Shown here: one piece after another, positions 19,096 through 29,017 of the stretch
How the letters are laid out: each line of letters opens with the position of its first letter
Numbering within the stretch: the first letter of the stretch is position 1
NCBI GenBank assembly: GCA_965233865.1
Contig: OZ247587.1
Location: forward strand, 832,001 to 896,000
Direction: 5' to 3'
DNA: 64,000 nucleotides
From: Candidatus Neptunichlamydia sp.
GTDB lineage: Bacteria > Chlamydiota > Chlamydiia > Chlamydiales > Simkaniaceae
The notes under the pieces: model-generated
Database searches by the model: none
The model's input: only the letters and a program-made list of their open reading frames with translations
Told to the model about the DNA's origin: nothing
Program-made: the position numbers and the translations under genes

Positions 19096-20775
19096 ATGAC
19101 TAAGCCGTTACCTAAAGAAATAGAAACGAAAACACAAGAATGGCTTTCGGAAGCCTTCGATAAAGAAACCCAACAAGAGGTCCAAAAGCTTTTAGAAGGA
19201 AATTCAGCGGCTGTTATTGATGCATTCTATACAATGGTTGCCTTTGGGACTGGAGGAATGCGCAGTGTGATGGGAGTTGGAACCAATCGAGTAAACCGAT
19301 ATACCATTCGATTTGCCACGCAAGGTCTTGCCAACTACATCTTGAATCAAGAAACCCCTTATCCAAAAGTGTTTATTGGGTATGATTCGCGGCATTATTC
19401 TCGGGAATTCGCAAAAGAAACAGCACGGGTCCTTGCAGGGAATAAGATTAAGGTTTTCATTGCAAAAGACCTCCGCCCTACTCCTTTTGTTTCCTTTGGC
19501 TGTCGCCGTCATGAGTGCACCGCTGCGGTGATGATCACAGCTTCCCATAATCCACCGGAGTACAACGGTTATAAGGTGTATTGGAGCGATGGAGCACAGG
19601 TTGTCCCTCCCCATGATGCAGGAATCATGGCTGAGGTAGAAAAAATCACCCACCCAAATTCAGTGAAACTAGCTTCCTTTGAAGATGACTTGATTCACAA
19701 GGTTGGAAAAGAGGATGATGAAGCCTATTTTGAAGCATTAACCCCTCTTCAAAATTATCCCGAAACCAATCAAAAAGAAGGAAACTCCCTTCATATTATC
19801 TACTCCCCTCTGCATGGCTGTGGTAGTACGACCCTTCCAGAAGCGCTCAAAAGGTGGGGATTTACAAACCTCTCCTTTGTTGAAGCACAAAAATTTCCCG
19901 ATGGAAACTTTCCTGCTGCTCATTCTCCAAACCCTGAGCAAAAAGAAACCCTGCAGCTCGGAATCGACCAACTTCTAGCTGAAAAAGGTGATGTATTTAT
20001 TGCAACCGATCCCGATGCAGACCGGATGGGAGTTGTCGTTTACCATCAAGAGAAAAGTGTCATCCTCAATGGAAACCAAATCGCCGCCCTATTCCTCTAT
20101 TACCTTTGCAACACCAAGTGTCTTCCAGAAAATAGTGCAGCTGTTACGACCATTGTCACAACAGAGCTCTTTCGCCTCATTGCCGAGTCCTACAATGTAA
20201 CCCCCTTTGAAGTCCTCACAGGCTTTAAGTATATCGGAGAGAAGATCCATGAGTGGGAACAAAACCACGACCATTCTTTCCTCTTTGGAGCTGAAGAGTC
20301 CCTAGGATTTCTTTATGGAACCCATTCCCGTGATAAGGATGCGACCATCTCAGCCTGCCTCTTTGCAGAAATGGCTCTCCAGCTCAAAAAAAAGGGGAAG
20401 ACTCTGGTCGATCTCTTAAATGAAATCTACAAGAAATACGGTCCCTTTTTAGAAAGCCAACTTTCTATTCCTTTTGGAGGGGGGAAAAAAGGAATGGAAA
20501 AGATGAACACTGTTATGGGAGCTCTCAGAAAATCACCTCCTAACAAAATCAATAAACAAAAAGTGATTGAGGTGACAGATTATCTATTAGATCAGACCAC
20601 ACTTCCAAAATCCGATGTCTTGCTTTTTCGGGTTGACGACCACAGCAAGTTTGTCATCCGCCCCTCTGGAACAGAGCCAAAAATCAAAATCTATGGCTTT
20701 GCCCGCCATAATGAAAAAGGGAAGCTTGATACTTCCCTTGAGTCGTTAAAAAATTTTCTTCTAAAAACTATTTAA
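19096..20775 (+). CDS. pgm: Phosphoglucomutase/phosphomannomutase
   Basis: FGTGGMR, ITASHNP, DPDADR, GAEES, RPSGTEPKIK. Likely start is ATG 19096; the ORF-track extension lies inside the IS. Confidence 0.93.
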   Translation: MTKPLPKEIETKTQEWLSEAFDKETQQEVQKLLEGNSAAVIDAFYTMVAFGTGGMRSVMGVGTNRVNRYTIRFATQGLANYILNQETPYPKVFIGYDSRHYSREFAKETARVLAGNKIKVFIAKDLRPTPFVSFGCRRHECTAAVMITASHNPPEYNGYKVYWSDGAQVVPPHDAGIMAEVEKITHPNSVKLASFEDDLIHKVGKEDDEAYFEALTPLQNYPETNQKEGNSLHIIYSPLHGCGSTTLPEALKRWGFTNLSFVEAQKFPDGNFPAAHSPNPEQKETLQLGIDQLLAEKGDVFIATDPDADRMGVVVYHQEKSVILNGNQIAALFLYYLCNTKCLPENSAAVTTIVTTELFRLIAESYNVTPFEVLTGFKYIGEKIHEWEQNHDHSFLFGAEESLGFLYGTHSRDKDATISACLFAEMALQLKKKGKTLVDLLNEIYKKYGPFLESQLSIPFGGGKKGMEKMNTVMGALRKSPPNKINKQKVIEVTDYLLDQTTLPKSDVLLFRVDDHSKFVIRPSGTEPKIKIYGFARHNEKGKLDTSLESLKNFLLKTI

Positions 20776-21670
20776 TTCGAGCTGTGCGCACTACCTCTAC
20801 ATAAGCAGAAGAACTAGGACCCTTTCCAGGATAAATAATGACCTCCTGCCTGACTCTATAAGATCTCACACGCTTATTTCCCATAATCGTGCCAAAATTC
20901 TCATCTGCTTCCACAACAAATCTTAAAGCTCCTTCTCCCTGATTAGGCAATAGAATAAGTGTAGTCCCTTCTTCTTGGTTAAACATCCCAATTCCATGCT
21001 TCATCCCAAGCTCTAGTTCAATACCTATCTCGGACTGTTCCTTAGGATCAAAATAGTTTTGCATCATGACTTGAAAGGTTGAAACAGGATTTGAAATGGT
21101 TAATCCATCAAATGCCTCTGCCACTTCCATTCCAGCACATCCTGCAATAAGCTCAAGAGAGTTCAGGGAGTTTCCTCTAAAATCAAAGGGTTTTCCGTCG
21201 GGGCCAGTTACATCATAACCATAAAACCCACTTTCCACCTTTTCTTTAACTTCTCTTTGAACAGAGATTTCTGTTCCTTCAACCTGCCTTAAACCAAGAG
21301 TCGTCGTAATTTTGTGAGCAATTTGTGGCTTATCAAAGCTATGGTCTTTCCGCGGTTCATCCTCGCTCCCTACACTAAATGAAAACACCTTTCTAGTAAG
21401 AATTTCTCTATCAAGAGCTGATATTTCTGCATTTATCTTTGGTTCAGGAAGCGTCGCTCTTGAAGCGCCTCCCTCCATTAGAGGACTCTTTTCGTCCACT
21501 ACTGAGTTTTTACAACAACTAAATAAGCTGCTAACCCATTTAAAAAAATTGGTTGCGACTTGAATGAGTGCATTAAAACATCCTCCTTGCCCAACAAATT
21601 CTCCATCCTGAATAATAACGGAAGGATTATGTACCCCGCCGCCATATACTTTTACTCCACTAAATTCCAT
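20768..21670 (-). CDS. Hypothetical protein
   Basis: About 300-aa ORF; GGAGG SD 9 nt upstream of ATG 21670; no family recognised. Confidence 0.7.
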   Translation of the reverse strand: MEFSGVKVYGGGVHNPSVIIQDGEFVGQGGCFNALIQVATNFFKWVSSLFSCCKNSVVDEKSPLMEGGASRATLPEPKINAEISALDREILTRKVFSFSVGSEDEPRKDHSFDKPQIAHKITTTLGLRQVEGTEISVQREVKEKVESGFYGYDVTGPDGKPFDFRGNSLNSLELIAGCAGMEVAEAFDGLTISNPVSTFQVMMQNYFDPKEQSEIGIELELGMKHGIGMFNQEEGTTLILLPNQGEGALRFVVEADENFGTIMGNKRVRSYRVRQEVIIYPGKGPSSSAYVEVVRTARIK

Positions 21671-21772
21671 TTCAAACAACCTCCGGCAGATTCACCATTT
21701 CCCTGAGCTCTCTCTCGGTGGCTGGCCGCTCCGGAGTTAACTCATCTATTGAAATATTTAAATTATTCACAA

Positions 21773-21820
21773 TTAATACATTTAATACATTTAATACATT
21801 TAATACATTTAATACATTTA
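21773..21820. repeat. Tandem repeat (TTAATACAT) x5.3
   Basis: Five perfect 9-bp units plus TTA, read directly from the sequence. Confidence 0.95.
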
Positions 21821-21935
21821 GTCATGTTTTTAATCATTTGCATAATTATTATAACATATTTTTTCATATAAATAATAAAACACTTGATTAAAATAAATTA
21901 TAGCAACTGTACTAAAACATAAGGAATTGAATTTA

Positions 21936-24050
21936 TCAGACTTGTCGTGCTGGATAACGAATACGAAGATGGCGAGCAACTGCTAAGTTCTTGATCATAG
22001 TACGTTTAACAGTTTGAAACTCTTCAAAGGTGAGCTGGCACTCATCAAATTGCCCATCCTCCTGCTTCTCGCCGATAAGGCGATTGACAAGCTCAGCAAT
22101 AGTATCCTCATTGACCTCCTCAAGAGAGCGAGAAGCAGCCTCAACAGTATCAGCCATCATAATGATAGCAGATTCCTTGGTACGAGGCCTAGGACCCGGG
22201 TAGCGGAACTGAGTCTTATCAACGGCCTCGGTATTCCCTCCCATCTGCTCGACCTGCTTGCAATAGAAGTAGTAGACCAGAGTATTCCCATGATGTTCAC
22301 GAATAACATCTATAAAAGATTGAGGGATCCCATGCTTGCGACCGAGGGCTTCGCCTTCAATAACATGAGCAATGATCACTTGAGCAGACTCTTGGGGAGT
22401 CAGGAGTTGATGAATATTAAATCCACCCATTTGATTCTCGGTAAAATAATGGGGGTTAAAAAGTTTTCCAATATCATGATAAAGGGTTGAGACCCGACAA
22501 AACAGACCATTAGCTCCGATGGATTGAGCCGCAGCTTCTGAGATACTCCCAACAACAAGGCAATGTTGATAAGTTCCCGGAGCCTCCACGCTCAAGCGAC
22601 GCAAAAGATCGTTATTGGGATCCATATATTCCATTAGAGTGATATCGGTCATGACATGAAAGATCGATTCTAATATTGGGAGAAGTCCCACCACTAAAAT
22701 TGAGGTCAGTATTAAGAAAGCAAATGTACTGACGAGATCGGAAACAATATACATATTCCAGAACATGTCCTGGGCAAAATTGTATACAAAAAAGATGGGG
22801 ATACAACTGAGCCATACCTTTCCACATACAATAAAGACTTCCTTCCGTTTCCTCAGGTTCCGTGAAGCTTGGATTGCAATAACCCCTGTAATGAGATTAA
22901 TAGCAATGAAGCGACTATGATCAACAGCAAGAGAAAGCCCGAGGATCACTGTCAAAAAACAGGTAGAGAAAAGAGCAATTTCAGCATTAAGAAGCACACA
23001 GATCAATATAGCTGTAAAAGGAACAAATAGAGGATACCGAACCACATCTAATAGGCTACTCATATCACGCAAAAGAAAGTAATCGGTCATCTTTGCCACG
23101 ATTAGAGTCAGGATAATAATCGTCGCATAAAGGAATAGTTTGTGAATGTTTCGCACAAGATTCTGATGGCTATGCCGAAAATAGTATCCTCCGATAAGGA
23201 CGATAATCGTGGCAAACATCAGGCTACTGATTAAAGGAAGAGGCTCCCATATTTTTTGGTTTTCAGCAATTGCTTTTTTCATCGCCTGTAGCATCGCCAC
23301 TTGTCTCTGAGAAACTTGTTCTCCCTGATCGACAATTCGATCCCCCGCTTTGATCTGACTCATCCGTTCAGGAACTGTCGCTTCAACAAGGCGCCTAAGA
23401 GAACGTTGAGCTGCTGTATCTTTATCAAAAATCCAATCGATCCCTTGAAAATAACTGAGAATATAAGTGATCTCAGGTCCTTGATGCTTATGATTTACAA
23501 GTTTTCTTTGGAGCCCTTCCCAAAATCCTTCTGGGAGCATTGCAGAATTTCCATCAAAGGAGGAAGAGAGAGGGTAATACTCTAGGGTTAATAGATTAAG
23601 TGATTTTAAGCGATTGAGCGTTCTGACATCGGTAAACCGGAGGCTTTGTAGCGTGTTTTTCACCTCATTGGCCTCTTGATAGAGGTCCTCAAAAGTTGTT
23701 TTAGGAAGGAGGCTTCTCCACCGTTGATCATGAATGAGGAAATTCTCAAACTGATACCTCCTCTTTTCAATGGCTTTTGGATCAATCCGATAAATAGGAC
23801 CAATATCGCGCGCTGACTCTTGCCGCAAAATAACCGTTCCCTCTTCATCAGGAAACTCGAAATTTACTTGGGCAACAATATAATTTTTTGCATTGGAATC
23901 CAGTTCAAGCATATCTACACGCACTTCTTTGAAGTGTATGAATACCGCTAAACAGAGAAGAACAACCATCCCGATGAGGAGGCGTTTTCCTAAGTTACCT
24001 TCTTTTAAGTAGCGTTGCCACTTAGGTTTTTCTTTTGATTCCTCAACCAT
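21936..24050 (-). CDS. 7TM-HD (HDIG) phosphohydrolase, PgpH-like
   Basis: Extracellular domain, multi-TM block, EAPGTYQH, YHDIGK, EHHG, FRYPGPRP...ADTVEAASR. Confidence 0.88.
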   Translation of the reverse strand: MVEESKEKPKWQRYLKEGNLGKRLLIGMVVLLCLAVFIHFKEVRVDMLELDSNAKNYIVAQVNFEFPDEEGTVILRQESARDIGPIYRIDPKAIEKRRYQFENFLIHDQRWRSLLPKTTFEDLYQEANEVKNTLQSLRFTDVRTLNRLKSLNLLTLEYYPLSSSFDGNSAMLPEGFWEGLQRKLVNHKHQGPEITYILSYFQGIDWIFDKDTAAQRSLRRLVEATVPERMSQIKAGDRIVDQGEQVSQRQVAMLQAMKKAIAENQKIWEPLPLISSLMFATIIVLIGGYYFRHSHQNLVRNIHKLFLYATIIILTLIVAKMTDYFLLRDMSSLLDVVRYPLFVPFTAILICVLLNAEIALFSTCFLTVILGLSLAVDHSRFIAINLITGVIAIQASRNLRKRKEVFIVCGKVWLSCIPIFFVYNFAQDMFWNMYIVSDLVSTFAFLILTSILVVGLLPILESIFHVMTDITLMEYMDPNNDLLRRLSVEAPGTYQHCLVVGSISEAAAQSIGANGLFCRVSTLYHDIGKLFNPHYFTENQMGGFNIHQLLTPQESAQVIIAHVIEGEALGRKHGIPQSFIDVIREHHGNTLVYYFYCKQVEQMGGNTEAVDKTQFRYPGPRPRTKESAIIMMADTVEAASRSLEEVNEDTIAELVNRLIGEKQEDGQFDECQLTFEEFQTVKRTMIKNLAVARHLRIRYPARQV

Positions 24051-24123
24051 ATGTTCTAACTTCAGCCTACCACACTTGCTTTTTAACCACCAGCGCAGCA
24101 AAATCATGCCAAGAGGTTACAAC

Positions 24124-25509
24124 ATGTCATCATATCAAGTCATTGCAAAAAAGTTTCGTCCTCAAAAATTCTCTGAAGTTTTCGAGCAAGAAGCGACTGT
24201 ACAAACTATAAAAAATGCGATCCGCTTACAAAAAGTCGGACACGCCTATCTCTTTTGTGGCACTAGAGGCACTGGGAAAACAACCCTAGCCCGCCTCTTT
24301 GCAAAGGCTATGAATTGTGAAAATCTAACTCTTGAAAATGAGCCCTGTAACACCTGCCCCTCCTGCAAAGAAATCACCACTGGACACTCACTTGATGTCA
24401 TTGAAATCGATGGTGCCTCCAACCGAGGAATCGATGATATCCGCAATCTAAATGAAACCGTGGGTTATGCCGCAGCAAATGGCCGCTACAAAATTTATAT
24501 TATCGATGAAGTACATATGCTCACCAAAGAAGCTTTCAATGCCCTTCTGAAAACCCTTGAAGAACCCCCTTCCCATGTAATCTTCTTCTTTGCCACTACA
24601 GAGCCCCACAAAATACTCCCCACTATTCTTAGTCGATGTCAACGGTTCGATCTCCGCCGCATTACCCCCGAAAAAATCTACTCTAAGCTCTCTTTAATCG
24701 TTAAACAGCTTGAGACTATCGTTGAACCCGGTGCCCTAAATCTCATTGCCTCCCATGCTGAAGGGTCCTTGCGCGATGCAGAATCCCTTTTAGATCAACT
24801 CCTTTGCTACGAAGAGCCCCCCATCACTCTTGAACATGCAGTTAAAAACCTAGGCATCGTTTCAACAGATCTCTTTTTCAAACTAGACAAAGCGGTCAAA
24901 CATCGAGATTTTGGCGCAGCCTTTTCCCTTAGCGAAACAATCTACCAAACAGGGTGTCACCTCCAGCATTTTTTAGAAAGTCTCACTAACCATTTCCGCA
25001 CAATCGCTCTGACACAAATGGGCGACAAGCCTCTCCACGCAGAATATATTGCGTCAGCAAAATCCTATACCAAACACCACATCTTGGAAATTCTTGACTA
25101 TCTCATCGATGCTTTAGAAAAGGCCCAGCGCACTCCTTTTAAACGTATCCATCTTGAAATTACCCTTCTCCATATCATCCGAAAAAGCCAAAAGATTCCC
25201 CTAGAATCGCTCGTCGAACGCTTAGAAAACCTTAAAAACCAAGCCCCCACCCCTGCATTAAGGGAAACTCCTCCTCCGAAACTAATTCCAGAACCTGTCA
25301 AAGACGAGCCTCTGCCACCTAAGCCCACTGAAGAAAAGGCCCCACTTCCTCTAGTTCAAGAAACATCGCCAGCTGCGGCCACCTCGATTACCCTACCATC
25401 ACCAGCTGCTCCTGCAGATCCACAGACTAATATTAAACAAAAGATTAAACACGAACAAGTCATGCGCTTTGCCAGCATCGAGCTCAACGGTTCTCTCAAG
25501 CCAATATAG
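24124..25509 (+). CDS. dnaX: DNA polymerase III subunit gamma/tau
   Basis: KFRPQKF, GTRGTGKTT, zinc CNTCPSC, IIDEVHML, SRCQRF. Confidence 0.97.
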   Translation: MSSYQVIAKKFRPQKFSEVFEQEATVQTIKNAIRLQKVGHAYLFCGTRGTGKTTLARLFAKAMNCENLTLENEPCNTCPSCKEITTGHSLDVIEIDGASNRGIDDIRNLNETVGYAAANGRYKIYIIDEVHMLTKEAFNALLKTLEEPPSHVIFFFATTEPHKILPTILSRCQRFDLRRITPEKIYSKLSLIVKQLETIVEPGALNLIASHAEGSLRDAESLLDQLLCYEEPPITLEHAVKNLGIVSTDLFFKLDKAVKHRDFGAAFSLSETIYQTGCHLQHFLESLTNHFRTIALTQMGDKPLHAEYIASAKSYTKHHILEILDYLIDALEKAQRTPFKRIHLEITLLHIIRKSQKIPLESLVERLENLKNQAPTPALRETPPPKLIPEPVKDEPLPPKPTEEKAPLPLVQETSPAAATSITLPSPAAPADPQTNIKQKIKHEQVMRFASIELNGSLKPI

Positions 25510-25605
25510 TGTTTTAACTTTATCAAGGTAAAGCACTATAAGATTGAATCGAAGACCTTTTTCTGGTATATTTCCGGTAAATTAACAATTACTTGAGGTG
25601 TTCTG

Positions 25606-25920
25606 ATGGGCAGTGGTTTTTCAAAAATGAAAAAGCAAGCAAAACAATTTCAAGACCAACTTGCTCAAATGCAAGAAGATATGAAGAAACTTGAAGTCAC
25701 AGGCACTGCGGGAAACGGTCTTGTTGAAGTCACTATTTCTGGAGAGAAAGAGTTTAAAAAACTTTCTATCAATCCTGAATGCGTCGACCCTGAAGATGTT
25801 GAAGGTCTTCAAGATCTCATCATCGTTGCCTTCAATGATGCTGTCAAAAAAATTGAAGAGAACTCTCCAGAAAACGGAATGGAAGGACTCGGAATGGGAA
25901 ACCTCCCATTCGGATTTTAA
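25606..25920 (+). CDS. ybaB: YbaB/EbfC nucleoid-associated protein
   Basis: GTAGNGLVEVT, VDPEDVEGLQDLI; follows dnaX. Confidence 0.93.
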   Translation: MGSGFSKMKKQAKQFQDQLAQMQEDMKKLEVTGTAGNGLVEVTISGEKEFKKLSINPECVDPEDVEGLQDLIIVAFNDAVKKIEENSPENGMEGLGMGNLPFGF

Positions 25921-26034
25921 AGGTTAGTACTCCAAATTTCAAAGAAAAGTATAGACTAAAATGAGGTCTTGCACGATTCCGAATATTGTGTAACAGGTTT
26001 AAACTAGAACATGTTCCTAAATTTTTCTGATTGA

Positions 26035-27804
26035 TTACGAACAGACTCCATCATCTGTTAGCATTGAACCAAAAGTCTCTTTGAGAACCATTTCGATCAC
26101 ATCAGCGTTTTCAAGACGTAGAATCTCTTCGGTAACTTTTTCAACTTTCGGAAGCGTGAGCTTTGTCACCATTTTTCTGAGTCTAGGAATAAATCGGGAA
26201 GCACACGATAGCTGTCTCACACCTAACCCGAGTAGGAGCGGGGCCATTAAAGGATCTGAAGCCATCTCACCGCAAAGACTCACAGGAATATTAGCCCTAT
26301 CAGCCTCTTTAATGACTCTCTTGATCATTCGAAGAATGCTCGGATGAGAGGACTTATAAAAAGGATGCATCTCTTGAGTTGCTCGATCCGCAGCGAGTGT
26401 ATACTGGATAAGGTCATTTGTTCCGATAGAGAGAAAGTCGCACTCCCGGGCAATGTGATCACACATTAACACTGCTGAGGGGACTTCGATCATGCAGCCA
26501 ATAGGAATTTCCTCTGCAATTTCATGTCCTTCTGAGCGAAGCTCAAGAGCAGCTTCTTGAATCAGCTCTTTTGCTTGGAGAAGCTCTCCCACATCAGAAA
26601 TCATGGGAAGAAGAATACGGAGATCCCCGTCAGGACTCACCCGAAGAAGAGCTCTGAGTTGATGGACAAAAATTTCTTTGTTTCGAAGAAGGAACCGAAT
26701 GCCTCGACATCCGAGAGCCGGGTTGGGTTCAGCATCATATTGATTCACATTTCCCTTATCCCCTCCAACATCAAAAGTACGGAAAATCACAGGCATTCCC
26801 CGCACTTTATTCATGACCTTTTGGTAGAGAATAAACTGATCTTCTTCCGCAAAGTTCTGGAGCTCTTTTCCGAAAAAAAGAAACTCTGAGCGAAAAAGTC
26901 CGACCCCTTCGGCATTATAAGGGATGAGAAGATCGAGATCTGAAAGGTTCTCAATATTCGCAAGTAAGTCTATCTTGACTCCGTCTTTAGTAACGGTTCC
27001 TTCGGTCCCTTCGTCAATGTCCAAACCTTTTTTTTGAAGGTTATCTTCGAAAGTTTTTTGATACGTCCCTAGAGTTATTTCATTTGGATTCACAATAACA
27101 ATTCCAGTCTTTCCATCAATGATCACATCAGCTCCCTTATAAGGATAGAGGGTATCTGTAGAAATATTTGCAACATAAGGGGTTCCCTTAGATTTAGCAA
27201 TCAGTGCAGCATGAGAGGTCGTTCCTCCTATCTCTGTAATGAATCCTTTGACCTGCCCTTTTGAAGCTTCAGCTGTACTCGACGGAATGAGTTCTTTGGT
27301 AAAGATCACTGAGTTTTCAGGAATTTCCTCTGTCAGCAATGTTTTGCGGGGGTGAAGATTTCGAAGAATGCGTTGGGATAGATCTTTAACATCAAGTAAG
27401 CGTTGTTTAAAAAAGCTATCTTTGATCTTGGAAAACTCTTTTTCATAATCAATCATGACTGAACGAAACACCGTCTCGGTATTCTTCATACGCTGACGGA
27501 TTTTCTTTTCCATAAACGTTGTCATGAATGGATCTTCAAGCATTTGAATATGGGTATCAATGATAGACACTGCTTCAGTAGAGCCTTCCTTCGCTAAAAA
27601 ACATTGTAAATCATGGAGGTCTTCTCGGCTCGATAGAACAGCACGCCGATAGCGTCCAATTTCTTTTTCAACTTCGGTCGTTGGAATAGAAAATTCAGGA
27701 ACAATTTCCTCTAACAAAGCCTCTAGAAAAAATAGCTTTCCAATTGCAATCCCTCCACTGATAGGAACTCCATTAAGAATCATCTCTTCTAAGAGATCGG
27801 ACAT
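26035..27804 (-). CDS. ptsI: PTS enzyme I (PEP-protein phosphotransferase)
   Basis: GGTTSHAALIA, GLFRSEF, EPNPALGCRGIR, SIGTNDLIQY, CGEMA. Confidence 0.96.
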   Translation of the reverse strand: MSDLLEEMILNGVPISGGIAIGKLFFLEALLEEIVPEFSIPTTEVEKEIGRYRRAVLSSREDLHDLQCFLAKEGSTEAVSIIDTHIQMLEDPFMTTFMEKKIRQRMKNTETVFRSVMIDYEKEFSKIKDSFFKQRLLDVKDLSQRILRNLHPRKTLLTEEIPENSVIFTKELIPSSTAEASKGQVKGFITEIGGTTSHAALIAKSKGTPYVANISTDTLYPYKGADVIIDGKTGIVIVNPNEITLGTYQKTFEDNLQKKGLDIDEGTEGTVTKDGVKIDLLANIENLSDLDLLIPYNAEGVGLFRSEFLFFGKELQNFAEEDQFILYQKVMNKVRGMPVIFRTFDVGGDKGNVNQYDAEPNPALGCRGIRFLLRNKEIFVHQLRALLRVSPDGDLRILLPMISDVGELLQAKELIQEAALELRSEGHEIAEEIPIGCMIEVPSAVLMCDHIARECDFLSIGTNDLIQYTLAADRATQEMHPFYKSSHPSILRMIKRVIKEADRANIPVSLCGEMASDPLMAPLLLGLGVRQLSCASRFIPRLRKMVTKLTLPKVEKVTEEILRLENADVIEMVLKETFGSMLTDDGVCS

Positions 27805-28083
27805 CTACCCATCCTCTCCGAATTTTTTAGTAAATGCGGACAGAAGTTCTTCAAGGGTTAAGCGCGCACCGCTTCCTTCAACCTCTATTTTTAGTTGTGC
27901 ATTTTTGGGTGCTGCTAGAATCATTATACTCATAATGCTACGAGCATTGACCGACTGCCCCTTATAAGTCAACGTAACTTTCGCCTTGCTTTTTTGCAAA
28001 ATTTTTGCAATCTGAGTTGCCGGACGCACATGAAGGCCCAGCTTGTTTCTCACTTTTGTAGTCGCTTCAACTTTCTCTTCCAA
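27805..28083 (-). CDS. ptsH: Phosphocarrier HPr
   Basis: GLHVRPA (His15) and VNARSIMSIM (Ser46). Confidence 0.95.
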   Translation of the reverse strand: MEEKVEATTKVRNKLGLHVRPATQIAKILQKSKAKVTLTYKGQSVNARSIMSIMILAAPKNAQLKIEVEGSGARLTLEELLSAFTKKFGEDG

Positions 28084-29017
28084 TGTGTCTTTTTCTCGCT
28101 ATTTCTTCTAAAAGTTTTTGATTAAATTCTTTTGCTGAATGGTACCCCATCTCTTTGAGGCGGTGATTTAAGACTGTCGTTTCTATAAGCAAAACAATAT
28201 CTCTCCCCGGTTTAACGGGGTGAAGATAGAGAGGAATTTTGATACCCAAAAATTCCGTAAAACGCTCCTCAAGTCCCACTCGATCATAGTAGTGAGTTGC
28301 ATCCCAATCTTCTAAGTGAATGACCATATCAACAGGAACTTCACTCCTTACAGATACCGCTCCAAAAAGATGTGCAACATTAACAATTCCAATTCCTCTC
28401 AGCTCCAATAAATACTTATTAAGATCTGGGCCAGACCCAATAAGACGTTTTTCTTCCTTTCCTTTTAAAAGGACAACATCATCCGATATTAGTCGGTGAC
28501 CCCGTTCAATAAGCCCTAATGCCGCTTCACTCTTCCCGACTGAAGAATCTCCTCGGATAAGAACTCCAATTCCATAAGCTTCAATAAGAGTTCCATGAAC
28601 ACTCTCAATCGGAGAAAAAGCACCGGACAATATCACAGTAAGTTTTGATATCAGTGTCATTGATCGAAGGGGCGATCGAAAGAGAGGAATCCCTATCTGC
28701 TGGCAATGTTTCACTAAATCGCGAGGAGGCGTCAGCCCTCTTGAGACAACGACAGCTGGATTCGAAGAAGTGATCACTTGATGTAGGCGCTCCACTCGAA
28801 CTTTGGGGCTTAAGTCTCTGAGATAGGAAAGCTCCATCCTCCCAAAGATTAGAATGCGGTTATCCTTCTTTCTCATGGAATACCCAGCCAAAGAAAGTCC
28901 TGGACGCTGGACATGAGCAACCTTTATTGGATGATCCATCCCTGCTTGAGATTTAGTGGTCTCAAGCTCTAGACTATCACCATATAGGTCATAAAAATTT
29001 TGCACTGTGAGCTTCAT
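28067..29017 (-). CDS. hprK: HPr kinase/phosphorylase
   Basis: RPGLSLAGY, GDSSVGKSE, GHRLISDD, LELRGIGI, PVKPGRD. Confidence 0.95.
   Translation of the reverse strand: MKLTVQNFYDLYGDSLELETTKSQAGMDHPIKVAHVQRPGLSLAGYSMRKKDNRILIFGRMELSYLRDLSPKVRVERLHQVITSSNPAVVVSRGLTPPRDLVKHCQQIGIPLFRSPLRSMTLISKLTVILSGAFSPIESVHGTLIEAYGIGVLIRGDSSVGKSEAALGLIERGHRLISDDVVLLKGKEEKRLIGSGPDLNKYLLELRGIGIVNVAHLFGAVSVRSEVPVDMVIHLEDWDATHYYDRVGLEERFTEFLGIKIPLYLHPVKPGRDIVLLIETTVLNHRLKEMGYHSAKEFNQKLLEEIARKRHIGRES

Noticed and set aside
21678..21738. Firm call as a glycine riboswitch
   Set aside because: Only partial motif resemblance, the P3 region is too short, and the downstream gene is not recognisably glycine-related; kept only as a candidate structured leader.
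21773..21820. Possible CRISPR array or replication-origin iterons
   Set aside because: The 9-bp units are contiguous with no spacers, there are no cas or rep genes, and the unit is not a DnaA box (TTATCCACA).
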